A DNA stretch of 64,000 bases from NCBI GenBank assembly GCA_023213395.1, contig CM041465.1:150357741-150421740 (forward strand), read 5' to 3'. Position numbers and translations under genes: made by a program. Under the pieces are notes generated by a model. That model was not told the DNA's origin and searched no databases. It was given only the letters and a program-made list of their open reading frames with translations. Positions 27,371 through 42,570 of the stretch are shown here, in pieces. Numbering within the stretch: position 1 is the stretch's first letter; each line of letters starts with the position of its first letter. Source of the stretch: Cycas panzhihuaensis (lineage: Eukaryota > Plantae > Cycadophyta).

Positions 27371-27838
27371 GTATGTTTTTCGCTCCTCTTCTTTCTGTTT
27401 TTATTTTTTCCGGTTTGGCCAATGTTTTTCCCGAGGGTTTCTTTGGTTTGCATATTTATCCGTAGCTTGAATTAAATGGTGCGAGGAAGTATTGTCCGCC
27501 GGGGGTTGAACCGGTGACCACGTGTTGGCAAATACCACCCGCCAAGAGTTAGGAGAAACACGCTTCATTTGCCATGGTATTGAAGTCCAAACACAACAAT
27601 ACGGAACGATGCCTAAATAACCCGCATAGGCCTTTAGAGTGTTTGGCTTAGGTTGTTGTTGCAGTACCGGAAACGCATAACGTTGAACAAATGTTTCCTG
27701 GTTTTCATACATTGAAACCCTAAATATGCTGTTTGGATGCTTGTGTCGTTTATTTCCGTGTATCTTCCAGTATTTTTATTTCAGTTCTTCCAAATGTTGC
27801 AAAGAGGCAATAAGTGAAATAATTGTTTTTTCTGTCAG
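27371..27838 (+). other. Predicted 5'-UTR intron of SNRNP40 (upstream CpG-rich exon ~27100-27370)
   Basis: Donor CAG|GTATGT at 27371; acceptor tttttctgtcAG at 27838 (alternative gacAG at 27885); telo-box AAACCCTAA at 27715-27723. Confidence 0.65.
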
Positions 27839-27914
27839 GTCGAGTTTTAAATGCAAGTTAGTTTTGCATCATTGTTTATTGACAGAAGTAGGGCACATTG
27901 AACTTGGAATCACA

Positions 27915-28997
27915 ATGCTTGCTTTAAAGAGGGCGGCAGATGAGTCTTTGGTGCCAGCAAAAAGACAAAAGACAGAGTTGTCTACGGTCTCATATGGGAC
28001 TCTGCAATCATCATCTCAGAATGGAGTTCGTGGTGATGGTCCCCGACGGACATCCAGCTTGGAATCCCCAATTATGCTGTTGACTGGTCATCAAGGTGCC
28101 ATATATACAATGAAATTCAATCCATTGGGAACAGTGATTGCATCTGGATCGCATGATAAGGAGATTTTTCTGTGGAATGTGCATGGGGAATGTGAGAATT
28201 TTATGGTTTTGAAAGGCCACAAGAATGCTGTGTTGGACCTCCACTGGACAAGTGATGGTAGTCAAATCATTTCAGCAAGTCCTGATAAGACTCTTCGTGC
28301 TTGGGATGCTGATACCGGAAAGCAGATAAAGAAAATGGCAGAGCACTCATCTTTTGTGAATAGCTGTTGCCCTTCGCGGAGAGGCCCCCCTCTTGTAGTG
28401 AGTGGCTCTGATGATGGGACTGCAAAGCTCTGGGATTTGCGTCACAGAGGAGCTATTCAGACCTTTCCAGACAAGTATCAAATCACAGCTGTTGGATTCT
28501 CTGATGCTGCAGACAAGATCTTCACTGGTGGAATAGATAATGAAATTAAGGTGTGGGACCTGAGAAGAAATGAGGTCACAATGCATTTGCAAGGCCACAC
28601 GGACACTATTACAGGCATGCAATTGAGTCCGGATGGTTCTTATCTTCTCACTAATTCGATGGACTGTTCTCTCCGTATTTGGGATATGCGACCATATGCC
28701 CCACAGAATCGTTGTGTGAAAATCCTAACAGGGCATCAACACAATTTTGAAAAGAACCTGTTGAAATGTAGTTGGTCTTCTGATGGAAGCAAGGTCACAG
28801 CTGGTAGTTCAGATCGGATGGTCTATATATGGGACACAACCTCGCGTCGCATCTTGTACAAGCTTCCAGGTCATACAGGTTCGGTGAATGAGAGTGTTTT
28901 CCATCCCAAGGAGCCAATTATTGGTTCTTGCAGCAGTGACAAGCAGATATATTTAGGGGAGATCGAGTCTAGTGTAGGATATCAGGGCTCAGTGTAA
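27915..28997 (+). CDS. SNRNP40: U5 small nuclear ribonucleoprotein 40 kDa protein (WD40 repeat), 360 aa, single coding exon
   Basis: RTSSLESPIMLLTGHQGAIYTMKFNP...IWDMRPYAPQNRCVKILTGHQHNFEKNLLKCSWS...YKLPGHTGSVNE...SSDKQIYLGEI. ATG 27915 is in good context (acaATG); the in-frame ATG at 27726 lies in the predicted intron. Confidence 0.95.
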   Translation: MLALKRAADESLVPAKRQKTELSTVSYGTLQSSSQNGVRGDGPRRTSSLESPIMLLTGHQGAIYTMKFNPLGTVIASGSHDKEIFLWNVHGECENFMVLKGHKNAVLDLHWTSDGSQIISASPDKTLRAWDADTGKQIKKMAEHSSFVNSCCPSRRGPPLVVSGSDDGTAKLWDLRHRGAIQTFPDKYQITAVGFSDAADKIFTGGIDNEIKVWDLRRNEVTMHLQGHTDTITGMQLSPDGSYLLTNSMDCSLRIWDMRPYAPQNRCVKILTGHQHNFEKNLLKCSWSSDGSKVTAGSSDRMVYIWDTTSRRILYKLPGHTGSVNESVFHPKEPIIGSCSSDKQIYLGEIESSVGYQGSV

Positions 28998-31078
28998 GAA
29001 CAAAAAAGAGGATATGAGTGGAAGACCATTCTTTTACAGAATGGTTTTGCTGTTGATAAATTACCCATACATTGATATTTTGTAACTGGCTTTCTCTGAG
29101 GTCTGTCTGTGTCTTATGTTATATACAATCATGCTAGTGGAAGCTCTTGATTGTTTGTTCTTGAGACTGTCCCATGGTAGGCAGGAATTACAACATGTTT
29201 AACTATAGTGACCCAAAGGTTGTACCAACTTTGCGAATAATCTGCATTGACGAGATTGATCCTTCTGGAATTTTAGGTTGACGTTCTTCTTTCCAAATGT
29301 GTGTTTACACTGTTGATGATTTCTAAAATATGTAACTCGTGTTAAACTGGTCATTCAGTCTTTGTTTTTCAAGTTCTAAGGTCTTACTGTTCAAGCTTTT
29401 TACATGGGTAGGCCATATGCTTTGTTTGCAAATATTCTCCTTTTTGGCTTTTTAGTTTGGAGATGTCATGAGAGAACATTGTTGCCATTTAAGAAGCAAT
29501 GTATTACTTAGTTTGCATTGAAAGAAAATGGTAATTAGAGAAGGAAATCTGATGAATTTGTAAAAGTTATGGAAGCATTTAGACTTTTGAAAGCTTCCAC
29601 ATTTTGTTGAGAAACATTTATTGTCTTGCATGTGTGCATCTATTGGAGTTCATCTGTCCTGGCAGTAATGAAGTTGGTTTATAACTGACGTTGCTAGAAT
29701 GTAGAATACAGAACGTAGTATTGCAACTGGAATAGTATAGATTTCAAGTTTTGAAATGCCTGTTTGGTTGTTTGTCTTGTAGGGGAGTTGTGTCATAAAC
29801 AACAGCAAACACGCATTTTAATGTTGGCTTTATCATCGGTGCATGCTTCAATGATATGATAATGCCAATCATTGACATACTAGAGCTAGATTACAGTTAT
29901 ATATTGTTGTATAGGAAATTAAATTAAAACACTTAATTATGGGTGTGGGCAAATTGTGCCATATGATATAACTGGGATGGAACTAGAAAGTCAGCTTGTT
30001 ATCCATATTCAATATTGGTGGATATAACTATATAGTGATGCACGAATCCTATGGGATCACTATGTAATATATCCTGTTTAGAACTTGATGCAGAATATAT
30101 TTATGACTGTTCAGAAACAAAGGAGAGCACCAGTCAACAATTGCATGGCTTTCAACTTAAGTCATTAAGATCCCTGAATAATAAATACCAACAAAGCCTT
30201 ATGTAATAAGCATATATTTTTGTTTGCTCTTGATGCAGCGATTCCAATGGGATTGACTGTTAACTTCTACAAAATAATAATAATAGGAAACAAATGGCAT
30301 ATAATACATCTGAAAATACCACTGAAATGAATAACATGGATTTTCATCTATATCCGAAATTTTGATGATCACATAATAACAAGAGTCTTCAACAGGGTTT
30401 AATTTCAATTTGATAAGTCACTGTGTGTTGCAACTAATAAATGTGGGCCTTTTTGAGAAAATGAACCTTTAGAGATGTCTTCTCTAAGAGAGAGTTGGAA
30501 CTATTTTTTATGAGATTATGAAGGGCCTTTTGTGCTCTTGTTGTATAACATTCTTTGCCTGCACAGCCTGGGAACTTAACAGTTTGTTCATGTCATCTTT
30601 CACCCTTCCATGTTGCACCTTTTACTTGTTCTTTTATTTGATCAAGTATTCATTGGTTTGTTAAGGAAAGAGTTGTTTAGTTTGATCTTAATAACACCCT
30701 TGGACTTTAATTAAAGACCCTAATTCATCCAAATGTGGAGCTACAGTCTCTCTGATTTCTTTTTTCAAGCAATATATGCGAAAATAGTTGGGAATTCTCT
30801 TAGAAGGAGGTCTAGCTCATATGGTACCTAGACTATTTTCTTTTTTCTATATATTGAAAGGGTTGTAGAATTTTGGCTCCAAGTTTTGTTTGCTGTCTTC
30901 TTCATTATGGTCTGTTTGTATGATTGAAGCCTTAGGAATACCCAACCCCCTATTTCAAAGGATCCAATTGATTTGTGTAAGTTCTCATGATGTTTCAGCC
31001 TATTCTTTGCCGTATTAAAGTTGTCTTTTAGGATATTAATAATGTCTCATGTCTGTTGTAGTTGTGTTCTTATTGCAG

Positions 31079-31250
31079 GTGTCTTTGATTGAGATACCAT
31101 ATATATTGGTCAAGGAGGATCATAACCATAAAGTGCCTTTGATGTTGCCTGTTGTTGATATGGTCTTATTGTGAGAGCTTTTGATTGATATAACATATAT
31201 GTTGGTGAGGGAGTATTGTAACGATAAAGTCCCTTGAATGGTGGCGTTAA
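31079..31250 (+). repeat. Diverged 96-nt-period duplication directly after an acceptor-like ttattgcAG
   Basis: tttgattgagataccatatatattggtcaaggaggatcataaccataaagtgcc (31084) vs tttgattgatataacatatatgttggtgagggagtattgtaacgataaagtccc (31180). Confidence 0.7.
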
Positions 31251-31453
31251 TTAGCATGCTGCATTATAACACCATTTTACTAGGTGTGACCATTTATGTT
31301 ATTGGGGCTGACTGTTAGATGCAATGTTTTATAGGTAAACTTTTAGGCATTTGTTGATAATTTCTGTTTGTCCATCTATTTGGGTCTGGTATGTTGGGTT
31401 CAATAATTTAGTGTTGTCTTAATTAAATATTTCCTTTGAAAAATTACTAGTGA

Positions 31454-31510
31454 ACTGGAGGTCCTTATTAATTACTATTTACTGGAGATCCTTATTAATT
31501 ACTATTTACT
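31454..31510. repeat. Tandem duplication, 27-bp period
   Basis: actggaggtccttattaattactattt / actggagatccttattaattactattt. Confidence 0.9.
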
Positions 31511-33560
31511 TGTGGGAACCCATGGATCTGATGAAAACTTCAACAATTTAAGCACCTTTGAAACTTGACCCAATGCCTCAGAAATGCACTTGTTTTTTTT
31601 TTTTTTGTTAATCTATAAATGACCACAAAGCTGAGCATTCTTTTCCATTGATTTGGCAAACCAATGATAAAGTTAATGGAGGTTTCCTCCTATTTGTGCT
31701 TTGGAATGTGAAGTGGCTGCATCAACCTTGGTGATTCAACATTTCCCCTTTTTCACCTTTGGCACATCTCACGCTATGATACAAAATTGTTGATATATTT
31801 TTTCATGCCCTGCTATTAAAAAGATTGCTTGATGTTGCATAAGTCTTGTTAATATTAGTGTGTTCTACCATTGGGGAAGAATGGCATTTGTGTAGGACTA
31901 TGGTCTAGAATTTAGATGTGAATATTAGGTATATCTTTCCTTTCTACCATAGAATGCCATTTTCCAATTCAAACAAATTTTCCCTTAGAAGAGCTTATTT
32001 GTAGTCTTCAAGAGAGTGATTGTGTTTTTTAATTTTGTGAGAGTATTCCTTCTCTACTTCTATCCAAAATGGTTCACTGTTTAAGAAAATATTTAACGTT
32101 GCCATAGCCAATCTTGTTTTGGAATTTGCTTTCCATTAGTTATGAACCCCAGTTAGTGGTGGTGTAGATAATTGGCAGTGTCTCCTCCTTCTGTATATGC
32201 TTGCGTTTTTCTTTGCTCTTGAATGCGATGGGATGCCTTATTGTATCAAGATTGCCCCTAACCCATTCCTAGTATAAAGTGTTTTGAGAAATCTAGTGTT
32301 GCAAGGATGGGTGTATGGTTTCCACTACTTAAGGTATGTAAATACTTACTTTGCCTTAGTGTCCCTTGTAAAATTGTTTTTTTTGTTAACTTAGTTAATG
32401 GTACTATTGGATGTGCAAACCCCTTGATAAGCTTTATGTAAAACCTTATGGCTCCTAAGAACCTCGTGACCACAGATACATTCCTCAAATTCAGTGAATC
32501 TAATATGCTTTGAATCTTCTTTGTGTCAAGCTTGACACTCGATATCATGTGGGCAAAGTGTTTTGGGTTCTTGCTTATTCAAGATGCACTTGGCCTCATT
32601 TGCAAACAAGGCATTTTCTTGCAAGGTTGAAAGCACTTGTTCGACATGTTGTATATGTTCTTGTTAACTTTTACTATATACCAATGTCATCAATGATCAC
32701 AAGAACAAACGTTGTAAGATTAAGTTGAAGTACCTTGCTCATTATTGCCTAAAGATAGCTATTGTTTTAGATAGACCAAATGACATGGCTTTGAGTTTAT
32801 AATGACATTTGTACATTCTGTAAGTCATTTTAAGCATATCTTTGGTTCTTATTCAAGTTTGATGGTAACTCGATTAGATTAATCTTAGTAAAATATTATG
32901 TTCCATGTAGTTGGCTTGAGAGATTATCAATGCATGGAATAAAGAAATGGTACTTGATGATGGCTTTATTCAACAGTCGATAATCCACACACATTGTGAA
33001 TGATTCATCATTCGTAGGTATGAATATCCCTAGTGTTACAAATGGGCTCTTGCTTGGTATAATGGTACTATATTTTTGCAAATCTCATGTCAACTTTTTT
33101 ATCCCAATCTTGTGATGATAGGAATGCCTACAAGGTCAAGGTGTTGATAAGAGCATGTCTAGTTTGAGCGCATTGATGTGCTCCATCAATCATTAGGAGG
33201 TAGTTCCTTTGGTCACTATTTGAATACTCCTAGAAAATCATGAAGCCCCATATGCTTCTTGGTACTTCTAAAACTTTAGGTAACATGATGGCATAACAAT
33301 TGATAATGCACCCTTATAGAGCCTTTTTGAATATCTTTATTGCTTGATGTGATGACACTTGTTGATTGGTTGTTATAGGTGGGGCTTGTAATTTGTATTT
33401 CTTCCTGTTCTAGTGAAATATTATGAATAACCTATGGTAATTTTTGAAGAATTTATGGCATGTTCTTTTATTATAGTTGCAATTTTGTTTTCCAATGGAG
33501 GTCAACTTCTAAAGAGGTAATAATTTAATATGCTATAAGGTTGGGTTTACCTAGTATCAG
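31510..33560 (-). mobile_element. Decayed chromovirus-type Gypsy pol fragment (RT, RH, INT)
   Basis: FTMCVDYRLLNKAIIKYHFFIPCIDNL (ORF 32896-33081); FLGAIRFYIKLIKGFA (ORF 32258-32548); integrase MCQR..SPRLMQPLHIPKHK*EETSINFIIGLP (~31650-31770). Confidence 0.8.
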
Positions 33561-35480
33561 TTAATAACTTTGGCTTGAAATCAATTGTTATTGAGTCTCT
33601 CATTTATAAGGAACTAGGGGGTTACTTGACAAATCATCTTTAGAGATTCTTTACTTTAGTTCTTTGAAAGGAGGTGTGTATTTTGAGTTTCTGTCACACT
33701 CTCGTCTCCCAAATGACACCACACCCTACCAAAACTTGCGTATAATGTCCACAGATGAAGGTGGTTAGTCTACCTTACTTTCCACTATTGCATATTGAGT
33801 TGAGGAATTACCTTGCTATAGAGCCTTTACACATGCCAATACACATGTGATGTCTTTAGACTACTTGAGCTTGTAAGGGTACACAATGAAATGATAGGAT
33901 CAGAGTGTCACATAGTGCTAGTTGTCCGGAGATCCATAAAAACTAACACATACAATATGACAATAGTATGCATGCATGGGTTTCATAGTGATGAACATAA
34001 AATCTAAATGACATCATTAGCATTTATAATATCTCATAAAATGTGGATGGAAACATGTTACAATTATCTATCATGAAATTTAGTAAAAGCATTCGTATAA
34101 ATTTTAAACAACCAAACTTATTTTTGGAATGAGAAAACTAAATTGCTTACCACCCAACCAACTAGAATCTTAGTCTCAGCTCATCCTTGGGTAACCATAA
34201 TAGTAGTATAATGGCTTAGATCTCATAATAACAATAGTCCAAGGCTTAGAATGAAACTATGGCTCCATAATACAAAACTATGACTTACTAATATGCCACA
34301 TTCACACTCATATCATGGCATTGACCACATCATAAGTACATAGCATATAATTTCACTACACAAAGAAAACCAAGACATTTGACCATGGTGGAGCACTTGT
34401 CCTTATGTTAGAATGTGTTTCATATCACATGCTGCCCCAAACCATCATAACCCCTTGGTACCATGCCAAGATTCAAAAGCTAATTAGGTTTTCTACTACA
34501 AACCAAATCCATACAAAACACGATAGGCCTTAAACTAGCGGCATCACATCATATGAAGTGTACATATATAGATAACCTATGGCATTTTGCCATAATTTCT
34601 TTGTCATCACACTAAGGTCCTTTAAAATTACACCAAAGTTAGGCAGTCACACTCACAAATAATAAGGTAATAGCTCTAGCTACTAACTAGTATTTTACAC
34701 CACCTATCACTCGAAGCGAATGAAACCCTTGGTATTACACCATAGTTAGATACCTATACTAATAAACTATGGTAGAACACTTCTTGAGATTATAAAAACA
34801 AGCCATTGTTGCTCTTATAAACATAGACATTACATCTAATAGAAAAGTAATAACACCCTCATATTTGCAAATGGTCCATATCACTTACAACTCCAGATAA
34901 TCAAAACCTCTTGAGATCTTCAAATTCCAATCACTACGCCCATAGAGTAATAATACCTTTATTTTAACATGAATTCCATACCATATGCTACCTTGAAAAT
35001 TGAAGCCCTATGCATCTATATGTTGGTGTCCTTCGTCACGTATGAAATAGGCACAAGAATTACAACAGGTTGTAACTGTTCATCACAATACAGAGACATG
35101 AAGATGTGAGAGAGAGAACCATTATCATTACATTATGACAGGTCGCTCTGGTCCTCTCACAACCAGAGATGACCCAGAACAGTACACATAGGAGTAGAAT
35201 TTACACAGTAGGCACAAAATACAAATAGCTACATTCCATGCGACAATGGACAGAGGATTACATTTGACTCAAAAGAACTGTCACCCATCTCTTTATAATA
35301 TGATATTTGTACTTACTGTAACTTTGAGTTAGTTGCAATCGTTCTCAATATAAACAAAAGGGGTTGCAACTCAAACCGTCGTACACATCTCTCCCTTTAC
35401 AAAACTTACAAGTATTCTTACTTGTAAGTCTAAAATTCAAAAAATAAGAAAACAATATAGGACAAATTAACTTTCCATCT

Positions 35481-37157
35481 CTACACGAATCCACTGCGGA
35501 TCAAGTTTGTGTATACAATACAATATGGATTTATACCTTGTTTTTTACAATGGTCATAGAGGATAACCACGTTGCGTAGTGCCTGTAGTTGAGCCATTGT
35601 CGGCTTCTCTCCTGAATGCAACTGTTTGATTTTCTCTTCCAATTCGTATTTTCTTGTTTCCACTAACAACAGATCCTGCTGCAAGGATTTAATCATGGAC
35701 CAGAAGTGATTGGCATACTTAGCATCTTCTCGAGTCTGCATTATTCAAGCACCCAGTTTTCAGATCACCTTCTCCAATCCTGGTGGGATCTATTCATTGA
35801 ATTGGGTGCCGAAAGCTGGTACCAAATGCTTCACATGGGAAGTATCTTCCACTCAATGCATAATAAACTTAATCAAAATGTAAAGTTTTGCCTCACATGC
35901 AAATAATTGGTCTTTTGCTTTCTGAATTCTTTACAAATCCGATGGGGGTCTCTTATTTCAAACTTCTAATTTAGTCACTAAATGTTGAATGACCTTAGCC
36001 AAGAATGAAATCTTCCAGTGTGTCACATTATGTGGGTGACACTCCATTGGATCGATTCCTTCCTCTGTTAGCTCTTTATTATTGAAGTCAAAATCCACTC
36101 TAGCTGGTTCGCTGTTCAGAATTTCCAAAATTTCTTTATTTTCCTTTTTCGCAGCAATTCTTCTTTTCCTTCTTTTCTACTCTTCAGTGTTAAGATTTTT
36201 TTTTTATTGCTAGGCCAACTGTTGCTCGATTGCTTCCTCTTAACTGACACACTGCCTACTTTCTATTTCCCTTTTCTGATTTCCTCCCTCTTTTTCACAT
36301 CTTTCTGTTCGTCTTCTTCTTTCTTCTTGGCTTGCGAGGTTGCCTCTTCCTGCTACTGTTTACTTCCTTTCTCCTCTACCTGTGTTGTCTGAGGACTGTT
36401 CACCTTAGAGCCTTTGTCAAGAAAAATTCCCTAACCTTTTACTAAAGTTCCCCATGCCAATTTTCTCCATTATGCCTGAAATGGTTAATCCATCTAGTCA
36501 TTGCTGCTTGCTTTGGTTTTCCTTTCGACAACTTTATTTCTCGACATTGAGAATATAACAATCCCTGAAATAGACATTGATGATAAAATACAACCGACTG
36601 AGGTTTGGCCTTAATACTCGTCAATTTGTCTAAGAAATTTCTTGCAAGAAATGTTGCCCAATTAAATGTTTCTCCCTTCGCTACTCGCAGGAGTGTTGAT
36701 CTCATTTTTGTAGGAACAAATAAATTCTTTTGACTCAATATTACCCTTGTGAAGAGGAAATGAGCCACCCATCGTGTCAATTTGTTTGCAATGCTCACAA
36801 TATGAATGCCAGATGTAGAAACGTCTAAAATTTGGGCACCCAGTTGCTCTGCTGTCTGTCCCCGCAGAATTCTTTGATCTTTGGGTACCTCTTCACCTGA
36901 ATCTGGTAACCCTGAGATTTTTGCGATGGCTCTTGCTGATATATCTAAAAGGTTGGGTTGCTAAGCCACTAGTTGAATCATATCTATTATGAAATCTATT
37001 GTTGCTAGAAATAACCCCATTTGCACAAATGGGGCAAATTTGGTCTTTGTCAAGGTTATTTTTCTTTTATCATCTTCAGGCATATCCCATACCATTCATG
37101 CCCGATTCCTTCATAATCTATTTCCAGGAAATTGATTTGAGTCAGTGTGATGTCCAT
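35481..37157 (-). pseudogene. Extra ORF (~560 aa) of element A between integrase and PPT
   Basis: Traceable through stops and a frameshift: MDITLTQINFLEIDYEG...AIAKISGLPDSGEEVP...FLFTRVILSQKNLFVPTKMRSTLLRVAKGETFNWATFLARN, K/E-rich linker, VDFDFNN..HNVTHWKISFLAKV..., coiled coil ending GFV*. Homologous to 54490-56171. Confidence 0.8.
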
Positions 37158-37659
37158 CTTACTCGTTCACAATTTTTCAAAAATTTCCCTGGTTTGTCTT
37201 CAAAAACCTTTATGACTTTGGTTTATGGTTGCAATTACTCAGTTGCAACTCAACGCACCTCCTTTTCGTCTGTCAAATGCATGCCAGCCACTTGTCACTA
37301 CCTACATGCTCTACGTTGTCTTGGTACATGTGACTATTAGTTGTTATTGATTTCCGCTGCTCCGTCGCCGTCATCATTAACAAATTTCCTTTCAACTTTT
37401 TCTAGATTTGATGTCACCACCTTCTTTCTTGAGATTTCCGTCTTCCTTATTGCTTTTTCCAACTACATCTAGTTTTGTCATCATGGAATGATTTGCAATG
37501 CTGATGTCTCCACCATTTTTTATCGTTCAAAACACAATCGTTCTATCTTTTTAGCTAAACTATGCTTAATCCACCTTTGGTTTACAACTAATTCTTAACC
37601 AGTTAGTCCTAATTTTTGACTGATTTAGTTTTCTAGCTGTAATCATTTTTGTTCCAGTT

Positions 37660-38250
37660 ATTCTTGCTTCCATTAAAGTTGCAATTATTTTGTTCTAGAT
37701 GCGGCCATTTATCTTGATTGTAACTAGTTACATCCAAGTTACGATTACTTGCTATTTCAATTGTATTTAGATTGCCACTTATTTCTTCCATTTCCAATTC
37801 ATGTGTCTTAAGTTAATGTGTGTTGGTTTATTCCTCATCCTAGTTGCACTTTTTACATTTAGGTTGCAACTCTCTTCGTCTTGATTGCTACTTCTTATAT
37901 CCTAATTGCAACTTTGCATGCATATTATATTGCTTGCGTCTGGGTTCCAACTTTGCTTCTAGCTTACGTCTAAGTTACAACTTTGTGTCTATCTTGTGTC
38001 CAGATTACAACTTTACATCTAGGTTGCAACTTTGCGTTCGAGTTACAACTTTGCGTTCATGTTGCAATTTTATATCCGAGTTGCAACTTTGAATTTAGGT
38101 TGCAACTTTATATTCAGGTTACAATTTTGCATCCTTGTTGCAACCGCTTGCCTCCAAGTTACAACTTTACCTCCCAATTGTAACCACTTGCCTCCAAGTT
38201 ACAACTTTGCATCCTGGTTATAACCACTTGCCTCCAAGTTGCAACTACTT
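37660..38250. repeat. Array of palindromic GTTGCAAC cores with 19-21-bp period (element A)
   Basis: e.g. aggttgcaactttgcgttcg agttacaactttgcgttcat gttgcaattttatatccg agttgcaactttgaattt aggttgcaac; 20 or more units, most regular at 37840-38250. Confidence 0.9.
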
Positions 38251-38868
38251 GCTTCCATGATTGAAGTCATAAAGGAATTTTTGTTTTTATGGTTCTCGTC
38301 TTCTTTTTTTTCAGTCGACTTTTGTTGACTATTTTTTCTTGTAGTATTCTATCAAGTTGTTGGAGACGCACTGCTCCATTTGACCAAATCTGGTTCACCT
38401 TGTATGGACCAAGCCATCGCAACTTTAATTTTCTAGGTTTGATTCAGAACTTGCTATCGTAAAGAATAATAAGGTCTCCTTCTTGGAATTATGAAATTTT
38501 GAGGTGCCAATCATGCCATGTCTTTCTTCTCAATTTTTATGCTTTCAGTTCCCACCAAGCTCTTGTCCATTTTTCATCCAACTTCATTAAATCTACATAT
38601 CATTGGTTCTATGAATCATTTTCTAACAACCATAATTCAGATGCCACTCTCAGACTTTCTGTTTAGAATTCTAAAGGAAGTATGACTTTTAATCTATAAA
38701 CCAATTGGAACAGAGTTTGCTTATGGCTACTTTATTGTTGTCCTATCGGCTCACAAAACTGAATAGAGTCGCTCTGCTCAGTCTGTTCAGTCTTGATTGT
38801 AGATTTTAGATAATGGCAACTTTAGAATTTTATTGGTACTTTCCACTTGCTTATTTGCACAAGGATAA

Positions 38869-42570
<3,702 letters not shown>

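Noticed and set aside
27018-27712. Divergent minus-strand ORFs (134 aa and 103 aa) as a head-to-head gene
   Set aside because: No recognisable domain; they overlap the GC-rich promoter/UTR and run into the microsatellite.
27726-27914. 63-aa N-terminal extension of SNRNP40
   Set aside because: Begins inside the predicted 5'-UTR intron, is T-rich and shows no homology; ATG 27915 fits the family.
27915-28997. Intronless SNRNP40 CDS as a recent retrocopy
   Set aside because: It has a 5'-UTR intron, a CpG-rich promoter and an intact frame, and lacks a poly(A) tail or TSD.
37844-38223. Repetitive ORFs (LGCN/KVTT/RLQL), also at 56848-57648
   Set aside because: Translation artefacts of the palindrome array; open in several frames with no consistent frame.
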